From: Vicugna vicugna
Taxonomy: Eukaryota
Reading direction: 5' to 3'
Length of the DNA stretch: 64,000 bases
NCBI GenBank assembly: GCA_013265495.1
Contig: MU058257.1
Coordinates: forward strand, 317,418 to 381,417
Made by a program: the position numbers and the translations under genes. Under the pieces are notes generated by a model. The model was given only the letters and a program-made list of their open reading frames with translations, made no database searches and had not been told where the DNA came from. This document shows, in pieces, positions 48,401 to 60,400 of this stretch. The stretch's first letter is position 1; every line of letters begins with the position of its first letter.

Positions 48401-51400
48401 ATGAAAGAAAAGTTTGATTTAGGAAAATTTAACAATGGAATGCACCACGATGATATAGGAAAATAAAATCACACAGTGAAGAACAGATACCTAACAATGA
48501 TGACAGTGAGTGAGGAAGGGGACAGAGAAACACAAAAACGAAGAGGGTGCTGGATGGGCCAGTGACTGTTCTACAAACTGCGGTGCGATCGTCCATCCCG
48601 AACTCCACAGGTACTGTTCAGTGTGTTCTACATGACCCGTGCCCCCTGAGCAGTCAAACCAGCAGCTCTGCCTCTATCTGAAATCCCCCTCAAAGTAAAA
48701 GCAAAAAGTCCCTTAAAACACACATACTCACATATTTAAAAAACGTGAATAACTCCTTACAGTGGAGGAAACAAACTCCCTATGCGAGCCCTCCACACAC
48801 ACACACTGGTCACCAACCCACCCTACCCAGGCTCCGTTTTTTTATTCAACAAACATTTCTGATAACTACTGTGCACCGGGCACAATATTAAGCGAGTACT
48901 GGGGACACCACCATGAAAGACGCAGGGTCCCCTACCTCCAGGAGTGTTCAGGGATGTCCAGGAGCTGCAAGGGGCACAGAACAAGGTTGACCCTCCCTGG
49001 GTGGAGGATGCCCAGAGTCCCCAGGGAAAAGCCATCACACAGGAATGGGGAAAATGTTCAAGGGGGTGGATGGGACCAAGAACCCTGGCGATTCTCATAC
49101 CTGCAGTGCTTCTTGGGGAGCCTGTCCAGGGAGATACTTCTGTTTCCACAGGGACACTTGAAAAACCTCTTCACACCGTCGTGCCAGTGGTAGTTGTGCT
49201 GCTCACTGACGCAGGTCTCCAAGGGCTTGAAGTGGGTGTATGCACACTGCATGAAACCAAAGGAATGCACATGTCTGGTCAACAGCTGAGGGACAGCAGC
49301 ACTATTTACAGCAGACAGGACATGGAAGCAACCTAAATGTCCATCGACAGATGATGGGATAAAGAAGCTGTGGTATATATGCATAATGGAACACTCCTTA
49401 GCCATTAAAAAAAGAATTAAAAAATGCCATTTGCAGCAACATCGATGAACCTGGAGATCGTCATTCTAAGTGAAGTAAGCCAGAAAGAGAAAGACAAATA
49501 CCATAGATATCACTCATACCTGGAATCTTAAAAAAAAAAAAGACACAAATGAACTTACTTACAAAACAGAAACAGACTCACAGACATAGAAAACAAACTT
49601 ACAGTTACCAAGGGAGAATGAGGGTGGGGAGGGATAAACTGGGAGTTTGAGATTTACAGATACTAACTAGTATATGTAAAATAGATAAACAACACGTTTC
49701 TTCTGTACTGCACTGGGAACTGTATTCAGTATCCTGTAGTAACCTATAATGAGGAAGAATGTATGTACGTATATGGATGATCGAAACATTACGCTGTACA
49801 CCAGAAATAGACACAACACTGTAAACTGACTAGGCTTCAATAAAAATAAACAAATAAACAAAAACAAAACAACAAAACAGAGCGCTGAAGGGGAAACGGG
49901 CCAGCTGCTGCGAGGCAGTCTGTTCCTGAGGACTTCTGTCCTCTCCTCGCCACCAGCAGCCACCAGCGGAGCTCCCCTCTCATTCCCCAGCTGCACTGAT
50001 CTGTGTGACCCCTTGACGTTCCTCCTCCTGATACCACTTTTCCTCACATCTCCAGCCTGGCCAGGTGTGAGATACACAGCCACCTTTCGTGGCATCAAGA
50101 CGATGGCTAGGGCCAAGGGAGAAAAGGACTGAGAGCCTCTGCCCAGCTGTGGCTGGTCTGTCCTGCACTCACTCTCGTCTCTGGTTGCAAGACCGCAGAC
50201 CCTAGGCATGGGGTCTGTTTAGGGAGGATCATCAGCTGCTCTTTCATTTTTCTCTTCTAAGGCCTCCGAAAAGGATAGAAGCTTATTACTACTCCTATTT
50301 CATAAATAGCAAAACCAAGACAGACATTAATAATTCACTTTTAATGCTGATCTTCAAAAGGATTGAAAAGAACAAGAAATGGTGGGAGAAGGTTGAAGCA
50401 GGGCCAGGACAGTGTGGTGTAATTTCTGGTAATCACACTGCATCTGGAAGAACAACTCTTGGCCTTGGCAACCTCAAAGAGGGCAGAGCAGAGTGGTGTA
50501 CCACCTGGGGTAGGCAGAATAATCCCCCAAAGTCATGCACACCCTAGTCCCTGGAACTGTAAGTATGCTATGTTACATGGCAAAAGGAATTCAGGTTGCA
50601 GATGGAATTAAGGTCGCTAATCAGTTGATTTTAAGACTGAGCAATTATCCCTATAGTCCAGGTGGGCCCAGTGGAATCACAAGGGTCCTCAAGAGTGGAA
50701 GTGGGACATGGGGGAGGAGGTCAAAGCAATGTGATGAGAGGATTCAACCAGCCGTCGCTGGCTCTGAAGATGGAGGAAGGGGCCACAAGCCAAGGGATGC
50801 ATGTGAGCTTGAGAAGCTGGGAAAGGCAAGGACACGGATTCTCCCCTAGAGCTTCGACACACCATACTGACACCTGGATTTTACCCCAGTGACACTCAGA
50901 CTTCTGACCGACAGAACTGTAAGATAAACTTGTGCTGTTCTAGGCCACCCAGTTGGTGGTATTTGTCACAGCAGCAACAGGAAACAAACACACCAGCTCC
51001 GTGCCAGTACAGCCATGTTGGCAGAGTAGAAGCTGTCCTCCGAGGTGAATGTTTTCCTGATGCTCCAGGGTCCCCACTTTCTCAAGGAAGCAGCTGGTTC
51101 AGGGCCACCCCCTATCACGTAAACAGATTCTAAGGTTCTCAAAGTAAAGATAGAGGAAACTGTACCTGCTAAGCTAAGCCTCTCCTTCCTCTTACAGGTG
51201 CCCATGAGGCCACTTAGCCACGTAGGTGTATTTAGAAGACATGAAGGAGTAGAGCTCAGCAAACAGTTTTTTTTTATTACTGTTGAGGAATAGAGGATTT
51301 TGAATTTTCTAACAGACTCAGCGAAAAATTCTGCAGCGACAATAATACAATTTACACTCTGCTTTGAGAGCCCATCTAGTAGGCGAGGCCCTGAGTAGAA

Positions 51401-54400
51401 GGGGACAACAGGCTGAGGATGGGATAAAACTTGAGAAGAGCTAAGACTACCTGGGCCCAATGGTCCAAGGGGAAGAGGCTCATCCACAGAACTGGGACCT
51501 GTGGTCAAATGGGGAGCATCTCACTACAAATGCTGCCATCGGAGCTTGGTGGCCAGGTCATGGGAAGCCAGGTCCTGGGCTGTGGCAGGCTGTTTAGTTT
51601 CCAGCCTAATTACATGAGCTGGACAGGATGCCAGTCACAAGACGTGCCCCCCAATGCCACAGAGGCTCCATGTCCTGCCGAGTCATGAGCCCCAGACAGG
51701 CTGCGGTGGGAGCCGTCCCCTGCACTCACCGTCTTGCATGTCACTACCCGACATTTCACCTCCCGGATGCTTCTCATCTTTTCTTCCATTTGTTCTTTCT
51801 TCACCAGGGGCTCAAAATACTGTTCCTGCAGCTCAGCCTCAGCCTGGAAGGATAAGCATCCAGAAGACCGTGGACCAAATCTGATATATACTCAGGCAGC
51901 TGTTTAATAACAATCAAATTAGAACTGAAGAGACAAGCTAAGTGTACAAGGACACTTGATTGTGGCTCATCGAACTGCAACTCAAAAGATGGTTAAGTAG
52001 AAACAAGCCCTTAACAAGCAAAAAGAAGATATGAAAGGATTTGGTGATTTGTAAAACGCTAAATACAAATTTAAACTACTAACGTGATTAAGAATGTCAT
52101 CAGGTCAAGTGTGCACTGGAAGGGGATCACTTCAACTGTGCCAGTGCAGACTCGGCTGTGGGAGGTGCCAGACGCCTCCCCAGTGATGACACCGACCACT
52201 CGGTACTGTTCTCCAGAACGAGCACCTGGCAGGCGCCACCCCTGCTTGTCTGAACAACGGGTAGAAGGTGTGAGGGCAGAGACATATTCACAGCAGGACG
52301 TGGTCCCAGCTCTGGAGCCAGCATAGCTGGACAAGGCAGGGAGCACGAGGCCTTTAGTGCCGCAAGAGCCAAGGAGCTCAGCTCTACAGTCTTTCAGGGT
52401 CTGCTTGAGCACCTCTCCTGACTGAGTCCCAAGTCCAGTAGAAAGATGTAACATAAAACTGCCCATTAGTCACTTGTTAATGAAAAGAAGGGCAGATCAT
52501 TCAGAGTACTGGCACTAAATGGGGGACATTTTGAAAATTTCCAGGAGCGCTTTTTTTGTTACTCCAGTGACTGCTACCCTCACTACTGGCAAGCACCAGG
52601 GATGCTACACCTTCTGCAGTGCATGGAACAGGTCCTCATGCATCACAGAATTGCTCTGCATGTTCTACACGGGCATCCATGTGGATGAAAAACCTGACAT
52701 AACCCTGGAACCTAACAGCTTTATATACAACCTACAACACTTATGCATCATTTTAACATACATGGACTATTCCAAAGGTGCAACCAGACAACTCCTGTGG
52801 ATGTTGAGGGACAACTGAGCTTTGATGTCTTCAAAAGTTTCCTAGGACTATCCACTGTTTAAAAAAATAAATTACATTGTCAAAGAAATCGGTCCATGGT
52901 ATTAAGTTACCAAGAAAATGCATCTATTGAGTCCTCATCTCTAGCTGTCTGGTAAATCCACTTACACACATGTGCAAGTCCACGCCTCTGACCACTTCAT
53001 TATTTCTTCAAGGGCAGTTGTGCCCATGTATTTCACGTAATGAAATACATATTTTTTTATCATAAACATTTTCCCCTTTCCCTCTTTGTATTATAGCTAC
53101 GCTATTATATTGATATTTTTGAAATTACTAGGTAGGTAATTTATATTATCCACAAATTTAGTTTCAGAATAATAAGGGAACAATACAAAATACTTATTAT
53201 TAAAAAGGGGCATTGTGAATGCTGGGTTGATTAATTATTGATTTAGAGCATTTAAAGTATAATATAAAAATGTATGAATGGAAAAATCCTTTCCCCTACT
53301 GCAAGGCAGAAAACAGTAGGTTGTGGAGAGCCATTCAGACATAACTTCACAGTCATAATTACATGTAAACATTTTAAAAATTAGTTAACTACTGAAAATT
53401 GAAATATAGTTGACTTAATAGTATATTAGTTTCAAGTGTATAGTATAGTAATTCAATATTTTTACAGACTATACTCCACATAAAGTTATTTAAAAGCACT
53501 GACTAAAATATTTTATAATACTGAAGTCAACTTAAATAATGTTGAATGATATCCTTCAGTGCAACAAAGGCAAAGCTAAACTCTATTAGCAATATTTCTA
53601 TTCTTCAAAACAAACTCAAACTGACGTACAGCTACGTCTTGGTCGAGGTAACAGGAACAGACTCTGGTCCCACGACAAAGCGCCTGAGTCTGAGGAAGCC
53701 CCCTCACCTCTGACCCCCTGGGCTCTTTCTTACCTCTTTTAGGATCCCCATGTGCCTCGATTTCGCTTTTAGAATTGTCTGGAATTCCTCTGATTCCAGG
53801 TAGGCGAGCTGTTCTCTCCTCTTCTTTCTGGCAGGCTCCAGTCCACCCTCAGCTAGAGCAGAAAGAGAAGGCCTGAGCCTTTCCAGAGGAACGTTGGGGA
53901 GCCGGCGAGCCTCGCTGGCTCAGCTGCCCCACTCTCTCTGCCTTTGCCCACGAGGCCCTTCAAACTGAACTGACCCCACATGGACCAGCAAAGGAAGGCT
54001 CTTAAAAGAAACGAGCTGAGAAGTACAAACTAGAATATGGGGTGTGTGTACCCGCACACGCTCGTGTGTCTGGCAGATTTGATCTCTAGATTAGAATCTC
54101 TTTTTCACCTTAAAACAGGAGCCAATTATGGTCTAACAACAACAAAGAAATTCGTACTTACAAACTGATGTTCAAATGACACTGCCATCCCAGTACTTCC
54201 ATTAAAAAAGTAAATAAGTAAGTCTAATTACCTCCCCCTCCAAACAAACAAAAACAAAAAAAACAAAAAAAACCCAGTCAGCTTCAGTTTTAAAAATAAA
54301 AATTGGACAATTTAAAACAAAGAAATTCTACTTCTTTCAAAGCAAATCTTTATAGTGATACATATGTACAAAGATCCAATGAGTAATCTCAAGTTTTCAC

Positions 54401-57400
54401 ATTATGCGGAATTTCAGTTTAACTTAATGTGACTATAAAAAATAATCAGTTTTAGCTGCAGAAATTCTACTCAGGTACTGTCCATAGAAGTAAACTGAAG
54501 TAAAACACTGGCTTTTGATGTCAGGGAGGCTGGTTATGTCTTAGAACGTTTCCTTCGTGAGTCATGTCTCTTTCCCATCACCAAGTCTGAAATTTCCAGT
54601 ACCTTGAGGAGAAAGTACGCTGCTCGTTTCTGCACGTTCCTTCACTTCCAGGACATCCTGTGGTTTCTTTAGTTTCTTCTTAATGCTATTTGGGTCTGTT
54701 TTTTGAAGAATCTGGCCCTTTGCCCTTAATTTTGTTATAGCAGCTAACTAGAAAAAAGGAAAAGCGAGGGAGATGAAAATCTAAAAGATGAGACAGACAA
54801 ACATCTGGAGCTTTGCACCCCTTTCCAGTGATTAACCAGTGAATTCTGGCTGTTCTCAAACATAAATTAGCAAAGTATACCTTCATTTAACTTAGCATTA
54901 TTAACACAATTATTAAAGTTTAAGAGAATGGAAGATAGGCCTCTAAGTTACTGAACCAAGTCTCAGTATGTTTAAATATCAATAGTTAGTTTAACATCAG
55001 CTAGTCTGTAGGCTTTCAGACCCCCAGAGGAACAACATAAACATTGTGGAAGTGTGTTTCAGGACGGACAGCATTAGGGCAGAGTTCCAACTCTGCCACT
55101 AACTAGTTTATAACCTGACTTAACTGTTCAGCCTCAGTTTCTACCTTTACAAAATGGGAATGGCAGAGCACTAACCTACCTTTTAGGATTGTGGCTGTAA
55201 GGATAAAATGAGGTAAAGCACGTACTGCACACAGCACACAGCATGTACACAAATACCACAGGGACAGAGTAACAGTATATACACGTGTCATCGCTATTAT
55301 TATCACTGCAGGGGCGGCTTTAGCTTGCAGCTAGCCTCTGCCCTTCATGCGGTTCCAGCTGCTAACTGGGACAAAGAAGAGACAGGCTCAAGGCAAGGAC
55401 TCAGGGTGATTCGGGGGGTCCCCACCACCCCCAACTCCCACTTCAATCAGGGCAACTTAGCTTCCATCTGTCTACAGAATAGGCTTGTGTCAGATTCCTT
55501 TTAGAGAAAGATTCTTTAAACCACTATTTGACAATTCAATGGCCTCAACAATTCCAAGCATGTTTCCCCCTAATACTGGTGTCTCCAACTGTAAAACAGT
55601 ATCTTCAAGGCTACCTCCTGCAGTCTGACAGCAAACAGTCCGAAGATAATGGCTAATTTTCTTGGATTAAACTAATAGCACTAAATTGACACCTATTATC
55701 ATCTCAAATTCCTTTGACTCTAATTATCACGATCAATAAATAGGTATGAGGTGTCAGTCTTTCCTGGTCACAAGTATGTAAAATTTGAAACTCCACCCAC
55801 GTCTCACAGAATGATAATTCAGGTGGTGAACAAACTAGATGCCAGCTACCTTTTTGGCTTCTGCTAACGCACTCAGTTTCGGTCTTGGTGGCGGTAACTC
55901 ATCAAAAAAGAGGACGTCGTCTCCTTCTGAGATGCCTCTTGCAAGCTGGGGCGTCTGTGTGGCTGGGGCTCCTTCCATCCTGGGGAACTCAGCTCCCATT
56001 GGGGGAGACCGCAAAGGGGGCTGCAGAGAGGAGGAAGGCGCAGCCAGGCTCTTCACCTCACTCGAGCTTTGGAGAAATCTTTAAGGAAACGGGCAGTCAC
56101 AAACTACGTGAGCACAAAACATACAGACTGGGAGACTGCAGGCAGGCCACCAGCTGCTAAGTAGTTGGTAGTAAAATAATTTTCCCTCCTTGGTTACTAA
56201 TTCTGATTAGCACACAGTAAAAACAATACTAGCCTCATTAACTCTGCAGTTAATTGATTATCTCACCAGTTTAGAACTGATTACTATTTGTATTGACTGG
56301 CTTTCCAGCGGGTGCTGCCGATGGGGCATAGCCCTGAGGCAAGCTGCAGACTGTGCTCTCAGCCCCCTAGTTAGAGCTGGATCCTTCAGGAACTCACTGA
56401 ATCGCTCTGTATTTTGTTTACTCTACTGAGAAGAGATAACGTGTGCAATACGTTTGGAAGTCCTAACACAAAGGAGCTATAATTCACACGGTGACTATTT
56501 TACACATGGTTTTCAAGGGCTCCTTAAAAACAACAAACGTCAGGAAGCATCCAGTCCAAAGCCCTCAAAAGAGATGAAGTCCCCACTGCTCATAAGTGAC
56601 AGGCTCAGGACTGGTATCAGGTAACCCCGGCGCAGTATTCTTTTCGTGACCACACACCTACTCCTGGAAGCTCCAGGATGAGTTTGCAAACTGTCTATCA
56701 GATCCTGCCCAGAGATACGTTTTGTTTGGCCAGCAAATTCTGAAAAACTTCAAACTGTAATGCCTGGAAACTGACAGGTGCTCTTCACTTCCTACAAGGC
56801 CCACAGCTCCATGTATATTTTTATGTCCATACCTATATATTCTATCCTTCAGCACCCAGAGTTGGGACAGATAATGGCTCAACATTGGAGAACAGGGAGG
56901 TGTGACTTCTCTCTGGCTTTCAGTTACATTAGTCGTAAGACAAGGATAAAAACACCTGGTAGATTACGGGAAGGACCAAACGAGACACGTACACTGTGTA
57001 AAACACGGTGTTCAGCGCACGCTGGGTGCTGTAAACAGTAGTTCTTATTACTATTCAGACAACCTAAAGCCAAGAGTCTTTGATTTGTTTACCTTCCACA
57101 CCCATTTCCACTTGATTTTGCCTCTAAAAAGATTCTCCATGTTCAGTGCCTCATTTTTATTGCTGACCTGAACAAATGCAAAATCTACACATTGGCTTAG
57201 CCTGTAACTAAAAACCTACCTGGGGCAAAACTGAGAAACGGGTGCTAAAGAGGTTAACATCTACTTTCCCTGTTCACAAACTCCTTACACATCACTCCTT
57301 CCTCTTTTCCACAGTGAGGTTAATTACTGCACCCTGTGGCCCTTGGTCTCAGGATGCACAAGTCAGAAATACATCACTTTAAGTGCCATCTATTTAGGTT

Positions 57401-60400
57401 ATGTTAAAATTATCTTTTAAAGACTTTCAAAGTTAAGAAAGTAGTCAACCACCCCAAATCCAAAGCCACATTTTTGAACTCTATTAAGACATTCTCAGGA
57501 TTCCTGAGATGAATTATCTAAACAGGAAATATTAACTCTATTACTCCCACCGTTTCTGTATGTCTTCTGATTTCTTTTTTCGTATCTCTAGCATACGCTG
57601 CTTCTGTTGCTTCAAGAGGGCTGATGCTGAGATAGACTGGAAAGCAGGTTTCAGGCTCCCCATGGTCCCTAAAACACAAGCCACAGGCTGAGGGGGTTCT
57701 GCGAGGCTGTGGGAACCCAGGTGTGGACACCAGGGCAGGGACAGGCTGACTCTACCTGATGACGTGGCTTTGGCTAAATGATGTTTCAAGTTTCTGGCTC
57801 CACAAGTAGGCAAGTCCATCAGTTCCCTGAATTCCTCAGAGCATGACAAGCTCTTCTGGGGTACTCCTGGAATATGCAAACATCAGCTTTAGAGGACTCA
57901 AAATTCAGACTATTTTATGTCATGTGACATCACTTTTTAAACTCTGCTTTTGTAACTTGGTCCTTTGTAAATGAAGAAGATGAAATAACAAGTGAAAAGA
58001 GAATCCTTAACCTCTAACATCAGACCAGTAGGACTGCAAGGGTAAGACACATTTATCTTATTTTGAATACTGACTAGAATACCAGTATTTGTGGGGTCAA
58101 TTCATACCCTACTTCTGGAATATGCACTATGGGTCCATGCTAGACCTTGACCACTTATCAACAGAGCCCCAAGGACAGGGTGGAGGTGGCACTCTCTGAC
58201 CTAGACCTGCTTCAGCAAAAGATAACTGATGAGTTTGACTAGGAACTGACATTACTGATTCTAGTCCTGGACACTAAGAATTAGACCCAGATACAAGAAG
58301 ACATTTTAAAAAGCATACCACGCAAAGACACAGCTAAGATTGATATGCTGTTATTTTCTTAAGATGCTGCCAACCAAGCTTGGTTCCTTCAGCTCAGGCC
58401 ACATCATTCACTAAGCATAACGTACAGTAGGAATTAACCATTTTCAGTCCTAACTACATATTTAAGCCAGAGAAAGAAACATAGTATCGAGAAACTAGTT
58501 ACCTAGTTTTTGTCGAGTTTCCTGAAGGATCAAGTCTGTGCCCTTAACCACCAGATTAGTCAAAGTGGTTTGAATCTTCTTTTTAGGCGCGACAGCAGCT
58601 GCACTGAAATGACAAGAGTCACCCCCTCAAAAAAGGAAAATCACCGAACTTCAGTGCTCCAGGAGGTAACGAAGGTGCAGAAGTAGTCATTTATTACAAA
58701 CTGTTGAGGTTTCTCAAAGCACACCAAGCACGCAGACTTCCATAATAACGTGGCCCTGCAGCATTCGTGGTGCGTGGATTGTCAGAGGTGTAAAACAACA
58801 GGCAGCCCACACCTCTGCCTGAAGACCATGCCAGGACAGCAAGTTGGCAAAAGAGAGGAAAAATATGCCAATACTTCGATCAAATAGTCTGGGATTTACC
58901 TAAGACCTATGCAAAAATTCAGAATATTAATGTAAGTTTTGTTTGTACTGTTAAAAGTTGGAAATACTATTGTTTATTCATGAGGAATTAAATTATCACA
59001 TGCCATGTAAAAGAAGACAATGTAGCCACGAAAAATAAAGCTGTAAGTGACTCTTCCAAAAAAAAGAAAACCTCATCTTATGTGGGGAAAAAAGAACGTT
59101 GCAAAGTATAGGTTAATTTGATCTCATTTTATATTATTAAAAATGTACACATACAGGAATAAAAACCTAGAACCATATATACCAACAGTTATCTAGGTGG
59201 TGGGATTACAGATGGTTTTCACTGTCTACTTTTGGCTAAATTGTACATACATTTAAAAAAAAACCCAACATATGTGCATTGCTTTTTGCAATTTGCAAAA
59301 AAATACAGAAATTATTTTAAATCTTAAAAATATGCTTGATATTACAAAGCACAGAGGAAGTGAGAAGGAGTCCTCTAGCCCAATTTCTGCTGGATCGAGA
59401 GCAAAATCTATGTTTTGTTTTTGACCCAAGTGTAGCTCCCCTGAGCCAGGTCCCATGTGTCACATCCTCAGATGTGCTTTCTAGAGTCTGGTGACAAGGC
59501 CATCGATCACCTACTGCAGGGACTCTATGGAGAGGCTAAGGTCCCCCAAGGAGAGGCCATGGATACTGGCCTCAGAAGCATCCCAGTCCCCTGTGAGGCT
59601 TCCTAAATTAAATGTGGGTTCCAAGAGATAAGCAACCTCAGCCTAACGGTCATGAGGAAAATGATTTCAAAGATGTCAACACTATGATTAACACTCTCTA
59701 ATGGCCACTCAGCCCTGACAAAGTTGCACTATTCATGTCAGAAGCCAAAGAGGAAGCATGGACTCCTTGTTAAAGACCACCGTGACCTGACTCAGAATCT
59801 CCGCCTTCTCAGTGTTTTCCTTTCTACCGGGGAATGGAAGACGCCCTCATGCACCTTGTTCCTGGCAGAGTGCTAAGAAAGATAAAACCCACTGAAGTCT
59901 TCCAGGCCTGGAACAGAAATGTACAACCGCTGGGTTTATCTTTAAAAACAAGCAAGACCCTCATCCCCAAAGCAGCCCTGAGAATGTCTCACATTGAGGC
60001 TGCATACGAGGCTGAAGACACGCCTCCGTAGTAAAAACCATCCTGACACAGCCGTTCCTTCAGACTGATGCCTTTGCGGGCGAACTTCTTTGGAATTCGG
60101 CCTCCAGAGAAGGTGGACTGCAGGTCGGCTCGCCTGGCGCTCAGCTTCTTGTACTGGGCCTGGATGTGATACTGACAGTACTCACAGTCGTTCTGGAAAA
60201 AGGAGGAATGGCTGCATCAGAGTTGGTACAATGTGCTGGGGACAAAGTTAACAGACACAGCTCCTTCCTCCCAGCCTCACAGAGAGCTATTCTGCGAGCA
60301 GAACCCTCCCTGCTGACTTCAGAGACCATTCTCAACGCATAGCTATGCAGCGACTAAGGGAAAAAAGTTCTTCCCTAAACTCCTCTTAACACATTCTTTG